A stretch of 64,000 nt of DNA from an uncultured Gemmatimonadaceae bacterium (GTDB lineage Bacteria > Gemmatimonadota > Gemmatimonadetes > Gemmatimonadales > Gemmatimonadaceae). The stretch spans positions 1 to 64,000 of the forward strand of contig CAWHHI010000008.1 of assembly GCA_963829055.1 (NCBI GenBank). The letters run 5' to 3'. The notes below the pieces were generated by a model. It had not been told where the DNA came from. It ran no database searches and saw only the letters and a list, made by a program, of their open reading frames with translations. The position numbers and the translations under genes are program-made. Within the stretch, counting starts at the first letter, position 1. Each line of letters starts with the position of its first letter. Shown piece after piece: positions 51,817 to 63,899 of the stretch.

Positions 51817-53745
51817 TTAGACCGCCGCCGGCTGACGAGCAACAGGCAGCTCGACGGTGTCAGCGTCGATCGGATCCTCGGGCACGAGTCCGACGCTGCC
51901 CTGCTCGAGCCACGCGTGCTCCCCGCGCAGCACCTGCATCGCGACTTTGTAGAGCGCCGGATCAGAAGGTCCGAACAGCGCGCGGAAGTTCGCGCGAATT
52001 CTCTGGCGGGCTTCGATGCAGAATGCGTCCGCGAGCGTCACCGCTTCCGGCCGTCCCTGCTTCGCGAGCATCTGCGCCCGCGAGCATGCCGCGGCCATCG
52101 CGTACAGCTCGGCGCCAATGTCGACCGCGCGAAACAGCACCATCTGCCGGCGCTCGAGCTTGGGCCCGAACCGCACCATGGCGTGGAAGAGCGAGCGTCC
52201 GAGCTTGTTCGTCGCGCGATCCGCAAAGCGCAGGTGTGACGCGAGCTTCCCGAATTCCGCGTACGGTCGCGGCCGCGCTCGCGCGAGCCAGCGCGCCGGG
52301 TACCACGTCGCGTAGAACGGCGCGGACTTGGACAGCGCGGCGAGACGCTGCTTCATCGATGACTCCGGCGCGACGATCGGGAACGCGAGCTTGAAGTGGT
52401 GATCGACCGCCTCGCGCGCGATGAAGAGACGCATGATCTCCGAGGATCCTTCGAAGATCAGGTTGATGCGGAAGTCCCGCATCGCGCGCTCGACCGGAAT
52501 CGGCTTCTCGCCGCGTTGCTCGAGTGACTGCGCCGTCTCGTAGCCGCGCCCGCCGCGGATCTGGAGCGTGTCGTCCACGATCCGCCAACCGGCCTCGGTG
52601 TTGTAGAGCTTCGCGATCGCCGCTTCGAGCCTGATGTCGTAGCCGCCCTGCTCATAGAGCGCGGTGGACAGCTCGGCTACCGCTTCCATGGCGAACGTGT
52701 TCGCGGCCATGCGGGCGATCTTCTGCGCGATCGCTTCGTGTTTCCCGATCGGCTGGCCCCATTGCACGCGCTCGTTCGCCCACTCGCGCGCGACGCGAAG
52801 CAGCGCCTTGCCCATGCCTGCGCACCCGGCGGGAATCGTTAGGCGCCCCGTGTTCAGCGTCACGAGCGCGAGCTTGAGGCCCTTCCCCTCACCCCACAGG
52901 ATGTTCTCGCGCGGCACGCGCACGTTGTTGAACCGGATGACGCCGTTCTCTATCGCCTTGAGGCCCATGAAGCGGCAGCGATGGACGATCTCGACGCCCG
53001 GAAACGACCGCTCGACGATGAACGCGGTGATCTGTTTTCGCGTCTTGCCTGTGGCATCGACGACATCGGGAGTGCGGGCCATGACCACATACAGATCGGC
53101 GCGCGTCCCGTTCGTGCACCACAGCTTCTGCCCGTTGAGGATGAAGTGCTTCCCATCCTCCGTCGGCGTCGCGGTCGTCGACATGTTGGCCGGATCAGAT
53201 CCGGCGTCGACTTCGGTGAGCGCGAACGCCGAGATCGCGCCCTTCGCGAGACGCGGGAAATACTTCCGCTTCTGCTCTTCGGTGCCGAACAGCTTGAGGG
53301 GCTGCGGCACGCCGATGGATTGGCTCGCGGAGAGCAAGGCGACGAGTGACCCGTCGCGCGATGTGACCATCTCCATCGCTCTGACGTACGATAGCTGTGA
53401 AAGCCCGAGCCCTCCGTATTCCTTCGGGATCTTGATCCCGAACGCGCCCATGTCGCGCAGCTCCTGGACGTACGACTCGGGGATCTCGCCCGTGCGGTCG
53501 ACCTCTTCGGACGGAAAGCGCTCGAGGAACGCGCGCAGACGATCGAAGAACGGCTTCGCCCGCGCCGCTTCCGCGGGATCGTCCACGGCGGGGTGCGGAT
53601 GAATCAGATCGAGCCGGAAGCGTCCGAGGAACAGCTCACGGGCGAAGCTCGGGTGCTCCCACTCGGTTTCGCGAGCCGATTCAGCGACGTCCCGCGCTTC
53701 CTTCTCGGAAGCAATGTGCGACGTGTCGGTCATGTCCGCGCTCAC
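51817..53745 (-). CDS. Acyl-CoA dehydrogenase (long form)
   Basis: FALTE..AGSD, NGQKLW, GGRGY, IFEGSSEI. Confidence 0.92.
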   Translation of the reverse strand: MSADMTDTSHIASEKEARDVAESARETEWEHPSFARELFLGRFRLDLIHPHPAVDDPAEAARAKPFFDRLRAFLERFPSEEVDRTGEIPESYVQELRDMGAFGIKIPKEYGGLGLSQLSYVRAMEMVTSRDGSLVALLSASQSIGVPQPLKLFGTEEQKRKYFPRLAKGAISAFALTEVDAGSDPANMSTTATPTEDGKHFILNGQKLWCTNGTRADLYVVMARTPDVVDATGKTRKQITAFIVERSFPGVEIVHRCRFMGLKAIENGVIRFNNVRVPRENILWGEGKGLKLALVTLNTGRLTIPAGCAGMGKALLRVAREWANERVQWGQPIGKHEAIAQKIARMAANTFAMEAVAELSTALYEQGGYDIRLEAAIAKLYNTEAGWRIVDDTLQIRGGRGYETAQSLEQRGEKPIPVERAMRDFRINLIFEGSSEIMRLFIAREAVDHHFKLAFPIVAPESSMKQRLAALSKSAPFYATWYPARWLARARPRPYAEFGKLASHLRFADRATNKLGRSLFHAMVRFGPKLERRQMVLFRAVDIGAELYAMAAACSRAQMLAKQGRPEAVTLADAFCIEARQRIRANFRALFGPSDPALYKVAMQVLRGEHAWLEQGSVGLVPEDPIDADTVELPVARQPAAV

Positions 53746-53754
53746 ACGGGTTCG

Positions 53755-54552
53755 TCACATGGGTTCGTGACGCTCCCGCGGGATTTTCAGTGCACGATGA
53801 CTGCCACGTCGCAGCGCACCCCGACGATCGGCTCGGATGGCGAAGGCCGCTCCGACGACTCCGATCAGCGCGAACGCGAACCACTGGAACGCGTACCCCA
53901 GGTGCGGCCCCTCATCCAGGGTCGGGAGCGGAAGGCGCGCGGGCGTCGCGGCGGGCGGCGTGGCCGACGCAGGCTCTGCCGGCACGGCGGCCGCCGCCGA
54001 AGTCTCGGTCTCCACGAGCAGGAACGGCGCGAGGGGGTACGGGAGGCGCCTGGTGAGCGAATCGAACGCGAGGTGCCGCACGACACGCGCGTTCGTCGCC
54101 GCGCTCACCGGACCGCGCGCGGTTGGCTCGATGGCTACGAGATAGCCGGTCACGGTCGTATCGGCTGGCTCCTTCCACCGCGCGAAGTCCGCAGTCATCG
54201 CGTCCGGCGCGTACACCCAACCCCGATTCACGAGTACGACGGTGTCGGTGCCGGCGAGGTGCATCGGCGTCACGAGATTCACCCCGGGCGAACCCTGCCG
54301 CGTACGCGATGCGAGTGAGAACTCGTTCGCGAAGTCGAACGTACCGGACGCAGTCGCGCGGCGGAAACCGGCGGTCGCCGAATCACGCACGACGTCTCTC
54401 ACGGGCCGCGGCTCTGAGGACAGCCGGTCGAGTAGCATCGCATTGAGCGCACGCCGTTCATGCAGCCGGTGCAGCTGCCAGAAGCCGAGGCGCACGCACC
54501 CCGCGGACACCACGAGGGCGAACAACAGGAACGCGAGTGCTCGGCGACTCAC
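53755..54552 (-). CDS. SURF1-family protein
   Basis: LGFWQLHR, VLVNRGWV, HLGYAFQWF. Confidence 0.88.
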   Translation of the reverse strand: MSRRALAFLLFALVVSAGCVRLGFWQLHRLHERRALNAMLLDRLSSEPRPVRDVVRDSATAGFRRATASGTFDFANEFSLASRTRQGSPGVNLVTPMHLAGTDTVVLVNRGWVYAPDAMTADFARWKEPADTTVTGYLVAIEPTARGPVSAATNARVVRHLAFDSLTRRLPYPLAPFLLVETETSAAAAVPAEPASATPPAATPARLPLPTLDEGPHLGYAFQWFAFALIGVVGAAFAIRADRRGALRRGSHRALKIPRERHEPM

Positions 54553-54787
54553 GAGTGTGCGGAGCGAAGGGTGTGGGTCACCCTGGAAAGCTAATCGCGA
54601 CGTTCGGCGTCATCGCCGAGCCGTCGAGGATGCTCGGCCATTCGATTCCGACGGAAGCCGCGGCCGCCGTCCCAATGTTCGGAACGCCGGTGACCCGTTA
54701 GGCGCGGATGATCCGCCGCTCTGGTTGTAGCCTGGCGTGTTCGTTCCATGGCGGGCCAATCCCGGATCGTGTCAGCACGGCGCGTCG

Positions 54788-55597
54788 CTAGAACAGCGAC
54801 ATCTGCTCGCCCAACTGGTCGGGCTCGACGGGCCGCTGATGCAGCAGGCGCTGAAGCTCCCGCGCCGACGCCGGACTGTGACCGGCAAAATGGTTGTTCA
54901 CGTAGCCGTAGACCGTCTTCACACGGTTCGCCAGCGCGGCGATCACTGCCGCCCACGACTCGAGCTCTCTTCCCCGGTCGACCTGGATACGCGAGTAGTC
55001 CACGAGGTCCCGGTTCGGCCCCATCCATCTGATGTAGGCGACATCAGAAGTCGGGCGTGACGCGAGCGTCATCATGGTCTTCCGCGGAATCCACCGCGCG
55101 TCGACGAACGCCACCGCCACGTTATGCTCGGCCAGGAGCGCGATGATGCCGTCGTGAATCCACCCGCGTTGCCGAAACTCCACCGCGACGCGCACATCCC
55201 GTGGGATCATCGGCAGGAAACCCGCGAGCGCTGGCAGCTCTGACGGCGCGAAGTCCGGGCCGAGCTGCATCAGGATCGGCCCGAGCTTCGGCCCAAGCTC
55301 ACGCGCGCGATCGAAGAACAGCGCCGCCAGGTCGGCCGAGTCGCGCAGGCGGTTCTCGTGCGTGATCTCCTGCGGCATCTTGAGCGCGAATGAGAACTCG
55401 GGCGGCGTGCGCTCCGCCCATCCTCGCACCGTCTTCGCGGCGGGGATCGCGTAGAACGTCGAGTCCACCTCGACGGTCGTGAACGCCCGCGAATACACGG
55501 CGAGAAAATCCGCTGGCCGAGTGCCCGAGGGATAGAACGGGCCGACCCACGCTTCGTAGTTCCACCCTTGGGTGCCAATGCGGATGTCGTTGCTCAT
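54788..55597 (-). CDS. DUF72 family protein
   Basis: IGTQGW, VEVDSTFY, EFR, NNH. Confidence 0.88.
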   Translation of the reverse strand: MSNDIRIGTQGWNYEAWVGPFYPSGTRPADFLAVYSRAFTTVEVDSTFYAIPAAKTVRGWAERTPPEFSFALKMPQEITHENRLRDSADLAALFFDRARELGPKLGPILMQLGPDFAPSELPALAGFLPMIPRDVRVAVEFRQRGWIHDGIIALLAEHNVAVAFVDARWIPRKTMMTLASRPTSDVAYIRWMGPNRDLVDYSRIQVDRGRELESWAAVIAALANRVKTVYGYVNNHFAGHSPASARELQRLLHQRPVEPDQLGEQMSLF

Positions 55598-55702
55598 CGC
55601 GACAGAATCGATGCCGTGAATCAGTGATGTCAAGTTGAGGTCGGTCCCGATCTTGCTTTCGTGTGCGTCGTCACAATTGATCACGCATGCTGGAGGCATA
55701 CC

Positions 55703-56653
55703 ATGGATGAAATGGATCGCAGGCCCGTGGGTGAAGATCCCACGCTCATGGGAAATGATGTCCCTCGCGACGAGACGGCGAACGATCGCGATGTCACCGC
55801 GCGACCCGTCCGGGATGACGACAATCCAACGACCGCTGATTACGTCGGCGAAGCGGCTGGCGGAGTTTCCGGCGGCCTTGCTGGCGCGGCGATCGGATCC
55901 ATCGGTGGTCCGGTCGGCACGTTGATCGGCGGACTCGCTGGCGTCATCGGCGGCTGGTGGGCAGGACGTTCGATTGCCGAGGCTGCCAAGGATTATGGCG
56001 ACGAGGACGATCGTCGTTATCGCACGCATTACGAGACGGGCTCGCGCGGCGCGGATCGCTCGTACGATGACGTGCGTCCCGCGTACCAGCTCGGACATCT
56101 CGCCAGCCGCAACCCCGACTACCGCGGCCGTGACTTCGATGCGATCGAACCCGATCTGCGCCGCGGCTGGTCCGACGACGTCAGCACGCGTCATGGTGAT
56201 TGGTCATCCGTCCGCAACTACGCGAGAGAAGCGTACACGCACGGCAGCTCGACGCTCGCAGCGACGTCCGCCGGCTCGATCGACAGCAGCGTGCGCACGA
56301 GCGATCGGCTCGACGACATGGGCAACCGCTCGGCGAATGCCGCCGATCGCGTCGCCACTGGTCTCGAGGCCGGCGTAGACAACATCAAGGACAGAATCGA
56401 CGGCAATCCCGCGTCGAAGCCCGGCCTCGATCCGACCGATGCACGCGCGGGTGGACGCAATTTCGCAGAGCGCACGGCCGATGGCGTTCGCAGTACTACA
56501 GACGATCGCCTGGCAGACACGGGCTCCGGCGTTGGTGACGCAGCGCGCCGCGGCGCCAACAAGGTCGTGGACGCGGTCGACAACGTGAAGGACCGCATTG
56601 ACGGCAACCCGGCGTCCAAGCCGGGCCCTGATCCGACCGACAAGCGGTTCTAG
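55703..56653 (+). CDS. Glycine-zipper hypothetical protein with a duplicated C-terminal motif
   Basis: GGLAGAAIG..; two copies of DNxKDRIDGNPASKPGxDPTD. Confidence 0.75.
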   Translation: MDEMDRRPVGEDPTLMGNDVPRDETANDRDVTARPVRDDDNPTTADYVGEAAGGVSGGLAGAAIGSIGGPVGTLIGGLAGVIGGWWAGRSIAEAAKDYGDEDDRRYRTHYETGSRGADRSYDDVRPAYQLGHLASRNPDYRGRDFDAIEPDLRRGWSDDVSTRHGDWSSVRNYAREAYTHGSSTLAATSAGSIDSSVRTSDRLDDMGNRSANAADRVATGLEAGVDNIKDRIDGNPASKPGLDPTDARAGGRNFAERTADGVRSTTDDRLADTGSGVGDAARRGANKVVDAVDNVKDRIDGNPASKPGPDPTDKRF

Positions 56654-56660
56654 GGGTAGC

Positions 56661-56794
56661 GTCATTCCGAGCGGAGCCGCGAAGCGGCGGAGTCGAGGAA
56701 TCGCGATCATACGGGTAGAGGGGCCCTCTATCGGGACGATCGCGATTCCTCGACTCACTTCGTTCGCTCGGAATGACAACCCGCTCGGCATGAC
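56661..56794. repeat. REP-like element, GTCATTCCGAGC subfamily
   Basis: Closely similar to 10719-10870. Confidence 0.85.
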
Positions 56795-56800
56795 GCGCGC

Positions 56801-58299
56801 CTAACGATACGTCTCGAAGAACCCCGCCCCCTCCCCTACGATCGGCGCCCCGCCCGCTCGGCCACTCAGGCGCGCCGTCCCCTTCATCTGAATGAAGTAC
56901 GGCCGCGCGAGAGCCCGCGCCGTCATCGTCTCTCCGCGTTCGGCCTGCGGCTGGCGCGTATCGGTCGCCACCGCGTCCTCGATCGTCAGCTCGACGCGCA
57001 GCGTGTCGTTGCCACGCACATCCGCGAACACCGCGCGAGACGGCACGCGCAGCAGCGCCCCACCAGTCACTCGAAGGGTGCGGCCGTCCGTGTAGTCGAC
57101 GCGCTTCGGGCGAAACAGCGTGCGGAAGCCTAACGAATCGACGAGATAGAAGAACAGCGGGACCTCACCCATCACGCTGTCGGGCTGCTGGACGCGGCCG
57201 TAAAGGAACGTGTAGGAGCCAGCGCGCGCCGCGCCCCACTCCCACGTGACCCCACGCCAGACTCCCCAGTTGTGATCGTGATAGGCCTGCGCGCCGTCGT
57301 AGTGCTCGCAGCGGTCGCTGACACAGATCGTGCCGGTCGCGGCGGCACGTAGTCCGGCCACGGCGTACCCCGACACGAACGTTCCGGTGCCGAGCGAGGC
57401 GCCAGGAAAGTAGGCACCTGGTGCGGGCGTGACCGTGAGATCGACGCTCGCGGGGCCGGCACCGCCATCGCCCTGCGCGAGCGCGTGGACGAGATAGCGC
57501 CCCGTGGAATCCACCGTGACCGTTCCCGTGCCGACGCGCAGATCGGCCTTCGACGTGGAGAACGCGATGGCGCTCGACGGGAAATGCGGCGGTGAAGCGG
57601 CGCGCTGGCTTCCCCTCCTCGTGCAGCGTGAGCAGCACCTGACCTCCCCACTCGCCGTCCGGTACGGCGCCGCCAACGATGAACGAGAGGAATGCCCACC
57701 GCTTCCGATCGCTGGAGAGCACGTTGAAGTAGTGCCACTCCGCCCAACTATCGCGATTCTCGAGATCCCGCGCCGGAAGGTGGAAGTGGTCGATGTCCGC
57801 GCGCAGTTCGGCGGTCGTCGGGCGCGCGCCACCGGCGGTCGAAGTCATCATCATCCCACTGGCCGCCGCCTAACGGCGGCACCGCGCCGACGATCGACGA
57901 CTGCGACGGCAGCTCGCCGGTCGCACGCACAGGCCGCTCAGTGCCGTCCGCCGTGCGCAGATAGATCACCTTGTCCACGATCTGCGGAGCGACGGCACGC
58001 ATCTGCGACGCGTTCCGCGGGCTGGACAGCAGTTGCAGGTCGAGGAAGCGCGCGTTGCTGATCGAGAAGAACAGTCCACCGACGCCCCCGGTCTTCATGA
58101 CCTCGACGTCGATACCCTCCGGAAGCACCGTGACGTCGCCGCCGCCAACGAGACGTTCGTCGCGCGCCTGCGTGAGCAGTGCCTCGCCGATCGCGAGCAG
58201 GACGATCATCACGCCGACGCCCAGCCCGAACCCGCCGAGCAGGAGCGCCGATCGCCACGGGCGCAGTGTGAGGTTGCGACGAGCGAGGATGCCGATCAT
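56801..58299 (-). CDS. MacB-type N-terminus joined to an AttH/CrtC-like lipocalin domain (two frameshifts)
   Basis: ILARRNL..RSALLL; WAEWHYFN, AYHDHNWG, WEWG, GAGFFE. Confidence 0.7.
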
Positions 58300-59006
58300 G
58301 CGCGCCGCAGCAGTGGTTCGTCCCGAACGACGCGTCCGTCGAGCATATGCACGACGCGCCGCGCGGCCCCAGCCAGCTTCTCGTCATGAGTCACGACAAC
58401 GATCGTCATGCCGTCGCGATTGAGGCGGTCGAATAGCGCGATGACGTCCGCACCGGTACGCGCATCGAGCTCACCGGTGGGCTCGTCCGCGAGGAGCACG
58501 GTCGGCCGATTCGCGAGCGCCCGCGCGATCGCCACACGCTGTTGCTCGCCGCCCGATAGCTCCGACGGGCGATGCCCCGCCCGCTCGGCGAGCCCGACGT
58601 AGCCTAACAATTCCGTCGACCGCTGCTGCCGCTCGGCCGCCGCGACCTTCGCCTCAGCCATGGGCAGCTCGATGTTCTCGCGAGCGCTGAGCACCGGCAG
58701 CAGATAAAATCGCTGGAACACAAACCCAATGTGCGTCAATCGAAACCGCGTCGCCTCGCGATCCGGGAGTGAGCTGACGGCCGTCCCGCCGATTTCTACC
58801 GTCCCCGTTGTCGGCCGATCGATCGCGCCAAGGAGGTTCAGCAGCGTCGACTTGCCGCACCCGGACGGACCGACGATCGCCACGTACTCGCCGCGCGTGA
58901 CGTCGAGCGACACGCCGCGAACGGCGTGCACGGCGGAGCCGGACAGCGGGTAGTCGCGGTGAACGTCACGCGTCGACAGGACGAGCTGGCCGTTCTGGCC
59001 GTTCAT
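58296..59006 (-). CDS. ABC transporter ATP-binding protein (LolD-like)
   Basis: [27 protein letters not shown]. Confidence 0.92.
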   Translation of the reverse strand: MNGQNGQLVLSTRDVHRDYPLSGSAVHAVRGVSLDVTRGEYVAIVGPSGCGKSTLLNLLGAIDRPTTGTVEIGGTAVSSLPDREATRFRLTHIGFVFQRFYLLPVLSARENIELPMAEAKVAAAERQQRSTELLGYVGLAERAGHRPSELSGGEQQRVAIARALANRPTVLLADEPTGELDARTGADVIALFDRLNRDGMTIVVVTHDEKLAGAARRVVHMLDGRVVRDEPLLRRA

Positions 59007-60192
59007 CCGACGGCCTCCTCGCGTAACGTGGCCGAGATCGGAAGCGATGCCGCGCGCCACGATGGGTAAATGCCCGCGATGATCCCCGACGCGACCAGCA
59101 GACCTAACGCGCGGAACGCGGCACTCGGCTGGAACAGAAAGAAGTCGATCGCGTCCGGCAGCCCCGGGAACCCACGCAGAATCGAGTTCAGATATCGCGC
59201 CGTCACGATCCCGAGCAGCAGACCCGCGACCGCTCCCGTCAGGCTGAGCGCGACGCCCTCGATGGTGATCTGCTGCACGATGTGCCAGCGCGAAACGCCA
59301 ATGGCACGCATGACCGCGATCTCCCCGACGCGTTCGTTCACACTGACGGTGATGATGGTGGAGACGAGTAGAAACCCGACGATCAGGCTCACCGCGCCGA
59401 GGATGAACGCGAGCTGACGGAAGTAGCTGAGCCGACGCTCCGCCTCCGCGATCGCGCCGGCCGTCGACAACGCGGTGACCCGAGGCAGCGCGCGCTCGAT
59501 AGCGGCGCGTGCGACTTCCGGGTCCACGTTAGGTGCCGTGCGCACCATGAACAGCGACACGCGATCCGCTCGTTGCCCGCCGACCATTGCCTGAACGGTT
59601 GCGAGACGCAGGGCCACGGCTCGATCCTCGGCGCTGAGATAGGTGAAACGCGCGCGTCCGGAGATCACGAGCCGCTGCCTCCCCTGATACGTGCGCAGCT
59701 GCGGGTCGAACCCGACGGCGATGTCCAGCGTGTCGCCAACGTGCGCCCTTGGCAGCACGAAGGAAGGCGTCGCTGACGACGATCGTGTTCGGCGCGGTCG
59801 GCTCCGCGCCTTCGAGAAGCTGGTAGTCGCCCTGGACCGCCGGATCGATTCCGAGCGCGAATGCCGTGACCGGCTCACCCCTGCCTAACACGTGAATCGT
59901 CGCGCCGAGTACTGGCGCAACCGCTGTGACGCCCGCGACGCGCTGGATGGCCGCGGTCGCCTCGGCTCGCCTGCCCGATCGTCGCCTCGCTGTCGAACGG
60001 GAGCGTTCCGCGTGGCGACACGCGGATGGTGAACCCGTTGCTCCCGAGCAGGCTCGCGAACGACTGGCGCATTCCCGTCGCCAGCATCACCATGTCGAGC
60101 AGCATCGCCGCGGAGACAGCGACGCCGAGCGTCGCGAGCAACGTGCGGCTGACGTGACGTCGGAGAGTGCGGCCCGCGAGCTGAAATCGCAT
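59003..60192 (-). CDS. FtsX/MacB-like ABC permease (frameshifted)
   Basis: RTLLATLGVA; ERVGEIAVMRAIG; YPSWRAASL. Confidence 0.8.
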
Positions 60193-61061
60193 CAGCGGCC
60201 GAACAGCGCGAGCGGTGGCGTGCGCGCGAGCCTGCGCGCAGCGAGGGCACCAGCGCCAATGCCGAGCACGAGCGACAGCAACACGGAATAGGCGACCGTG
60301 CTCGGGGTGATGATCGCGAAGCGCAGCGGCGTGCGATATACGCTCTGGTAGTGCACGTTGACGAACGCTGATACCGCGAAGCCGAGCGCCACGCCGAACA
60401 AGCTTCCGGCAAGCGCGACGAACGACGACTCGAGCATCACCGATCGGACGACCGTCGACCGCGAGATGCCCATGAGTCTCATCGCGGCTACGTCGCGACG
60501 GCGCTCATCTACCTTGAGCAGCATGATGCAGAGGAGAAACGTCGCGCTCGCCACGATGGTGATGACGCCGATCGCACGATGGAACCGGCTGACGACGAGA
60601 AACGTCTTCGACGTCTCGACCGCGATCTCGCGCGACGGATAGGCTTTGAACCCGAAGGCCGCCGAGTTGATGCGGCTCAGCACGGAGTCTGTGGCAGTGC
60701 CACCAGCCGTGAGCACCGCAAAGCGATCGACTCGATCACCGTACCCGATCAGGCGCTGCAGGTGATCGAGGTGCAGGCGCACGCGGTACTCGCTTCGCGC
60801 GACCTCTGACGGGTCCGCGCGGCGGCGGATGATCGCCGAGACGCGCACCGTATCACCGGTGGCGCTGCCGGGTTCGGGCGCGAGCACGACGCGGTCGCCA
60901 ATGCGAATTCCGGCATCGGACGCGAGGCGCTCGTCGATAGCGATGGTGCGCTGCGCGTTCGCGCCGACTGTTGCGGAGTCGATGCGCTGCGCCGTCGCTG
61001 CCGCCAGCGGGACGCAGCACAACGCCAACAGTCGGGACGTGCCACTCAAGAATCCGCGCAC
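60192..61061 (-). CDS. FtsX-like ABC permease
   Basis: ERRRDVAAMRLMG, TM helices. Confidence 0.8.
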   Translation of the reverse strand: MRGFLSGTSRLLALCCVPLAAATAQRIDSATVGANAQRTIAIDERLASDAGIRIGDRVVLAPEPGSATGDTVRVSAIIRRRADPSEVARSEYRVRLHLDHLQRLIGYGDRVDRFAVLTAGGTATDSVLSRINSAAFGFKAYPSREIAVETSKTFLVVSRFHRAIGVITIVASATFLLCIMLLKVDERRRDVAAMRLMGISRSTVVRSVMLESSFVALAGSLFGVALGFAVSAFVNVHYQSVYRTPLRFAIITPSTVAYSVLLSLVLGIGAGALAARRLARTPPLALFGR

Positions 61062-61173
61062 GCCCCGAAATGTGTTCGACTGGCCGGTCCCGAGGCAGTC
61101 AGCGCGGATGCGCGCGCGAAGATCCGCGCGACGACTGGTCCGACCGATCAGCGCGACGACGCCGGTCCGCCGA

Positions 61174-61593
61174 TCACGGATGCCGCACGGGGTGTCGAAC
61201 CCACGACGCGGTGTCCTTGAGCGACTCGCGCGACGCGGCCAGCGTCGATGCCGGCTTCGCCACCGTGGACAGCCCGCGCCGAAGCGCGATGAACCCGCCG
61301 ACGAGCTCCACCACGCCGACGATCAATGCGCCCGCCCAGTAGTTGTGATTGAGCGCAGCGGACACCAGCGCCACCAGCAGCACCGTGAGCGCGACCGCCG
61401 CCACTATGCCGAACGCGAGCGCGAGCGCGAGTTGAATCGACCCGCGTACTCCGGTGCGCACGCTCTGGTGCAGCTCGAGCTTCGCGAGTCGAACCTCATC
61501 ACCGGCAAGACGCTTGGAGTCATCCGCCAAGCGACGAATGAGATCCGGAATCCCCGTATCGGGGTCGATCTGGATAGATGGTCGTGCAGTCAC
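61174..61593 (-). CDS. Holin-X/DUF1469-like membrane protein
   Basis: LIRRLADD..EVRLAKLEL, two TM helices, ESLKD. Confidence 0.75.
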   Translation of the reverse strand: MTARPSIQIDPDTGIPDLIRRLADDSKRLAGDEVRLAKLELHQSVRTGVRGSIQLALALAFGIVAAVALTVLLVALVSAALNHNYWAGALIVGVVELVGGFIALRRGLSTVAKPASTLAASRESLKDTASWVRHPVRHP

Positions 61594-61732
61594 CGTGGCC
61601 TCCGCAAAACGACGCGACGCAGTTCAGACACGGTGCTTAGGGCAAAGAGCATTCCTCTGCGCACGATTGGCTTGCTGCGTCGGGTACCAGGGTGCGAGCT
61701 TAGCCGCACCTTCAACCCACGAGCGCCATCGC

Positions 61733-63169
61733 ATGGCCGTACCCGCCGTCGTCGAAGAGCCGACCGTACCCGCGAAGGGCCGCGGCCGTCTCCTGCAGGT
61801 GCTCGGCGTCGCGTTCGGTGTCGCCGTCATCATCGGCAATACGATCGGGTCTGGAATCCTGCGCACTCCGGGCACAGTCGCCGGACTTCTGCCGAGCCGG
61901 CACGCGTTCCTGCTCGCGTGGGTGGCCGGCGGAGTGTACGCACTCCTCGGCGTCGTGTCGCTCGCGGAGTTGGGGGTAGCTGGTCCCGCGGTCGGGCGGG
62001 CAGTACGTGTTCGCGCCGACGCGCCTTCGGGCCGTACGCCGGCTTCATCATCGGCTGGAGTGACTGGGTCTCCTCCGTGGCGTCGTTCGCCGCTGCGGCA
62101 ATTGTGATCGGCGAATACAGCGGCGCGTTGTTCCCGTCGATCACTCGCTATTCGCTCGCGGTTGCGATGGCTGTAGTGGTGGTCTTCACGCTGTTGCAGT
62201 ACGGAGGGCGTCCGGCGCGGTGACCAGATCCAGCAGGCGACCACGCTCCTCAAGGCGTTGGGCTTCGTGGGGCTCATCGTCGCGTGTTTTGTCTTTTCGC
62301 CGGTGAATGCGGCGCCGGCGCCCACCGCGATCGCGACCGCCACAGGGGGCATCGGCATCGCCGCTGTCGTGCTCGCCATGCAGGCGGTGATCTTCACGTT
62401 CGATGGCTGGAACGGGATGCTCTACTTCTCCGAGGAGGTACGCGATCCCGGCCGGCAGATTCCTCGCGCAATGTTCACCGGCGTCCTCGCCATCATCGCG
62501 ATCTACGTCCTCGTGAACGCCGCGTTCGTCCACGTGTTAGGCATGAGCGGGCTGGCGGGGAACGAGTTCGCGGCCGGGGCGGCGGCGCAGGCGCTCTTCG
62601 GCAGCCGCGGAGACACCATCATCCGGGTCCTCATCATCGTCGGACTGTTCAGTGGCGTGAACGCCTACATCCTGTTCTGCGCGCGCATCCCGTACGCGAT
62701 GAGCCGGGACGGCCTGTTTCCGAAATGGGGAATGACCGTGAACGCGGGCGGGACGCCGACCAACACGCTGCTGCTGTCGGGCGCTCTCGCGATCGGCTTC
62801 CTGGTCACGGGCACGTTCAACTCCGTGATCGCCGTCGCCGCGTTCTTTTTCGTGCTCAACTACGTGGCGTCGTTCGCGTCCGTCTTCGTCTTCCGCCGGA
62901 CGATGCCCGACGCGCCACGCCCATATCGCGCCTGGGGCTACCCTTGGACGACGGGATTCTCACTGCTTGGCGGCATCGCGTTTCTCGTCGGCGCCGTCGT
63001 GAGCGACCGGAGGAACTCGCTCATCGCGATCGGGCTGCTCGTCGTCAGCTATCCGGTGTTCGCGATGACGACGCCGACGCAAGGGCGATTAGCCGGTCAG
63101 CGGAGCTGCGCCGAGCGCCGGCTACGAGCTGCAAGGACCTCGACGAAGATCTTCGCCGCCAGCGCGTAG
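61733..63169 (+). CDS. APC-family amino acid permease (frameshifted; 3' end uncertain)
   Basis: IGNTIGSGI, FDGWN, EEVRDP, RIPYAMSRDG, RPYRAWGYP. Confidence 0.85.
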
Positions 63170-63856
63170 CCGATCTGATGCTGCGTCGGACCGACGCGAA
63201 CGGTGAGCGGCCCGTCGAACGGAGCCCGCGCGCCGAGCGTGACCATGACGCCAGGGCGGATGCCTAACGAATCGAGGTAGCGGAGCAGCTCGTCATTCTC
63301 ATCCGCCACACGCATCACACACGCTCGCCCACCCGTCGGGACGTCCGCGAGCAACGCGTGGCGCGTTTCATCGATGATGCCGTCGCGCGTCGGGATCGGC
63401 GCCCCATGCGGGTCGGTGAGCGGCTCGCCGATCGCGGCGGCCATGCGATCGATGAGCTCGTCCGACGCCGCATGCTCGAGTCGCTCCGCCTCGGGATGCA
63501 CCTGATCCCACGGGTAGCCGAGCGCCTTCACGAGATACGCCTCGATGACGCGATGGCGGCGAATCGTCCTGAGCGCCGCGCGGCGACCGGCATCGGTGAG
63601 ACGCACGCCGCGATACCGCTCGTACGCCAACAGCCCCTGCTCCGCCAGTCGGCGCACCATCCCGGTCACGGACGCGGGCGCGATCTGTAACCGATGCGCG
63701 ATGTCGTTCGTCGCGGCCGCGCTCTCGCTCAGCTCGATGTCGTAGATCGCCTTGAGGTAGTCCTCGACGGGCCCCGTGAGATCCACGAGGCGCGCCTCGA
63801 CCGGCGCGGCCGCCTTGGCTGCGCGAACACGCCGCGATGAACGCTCGCCCGTCATG
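63097..63856 (-). CDS. DtxR/MntR-family metal-dependent regulator with a FeoA domain
   Basis: VEDYLKAIY, RRHRVIE, EAERLEH, DPHGAPIP. Confidence 0.9.
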
Positions 63857-63899
63857 CGGCGAGTACGTGGCTCACGTCGGTTCACAAGGTTCACGTCGC

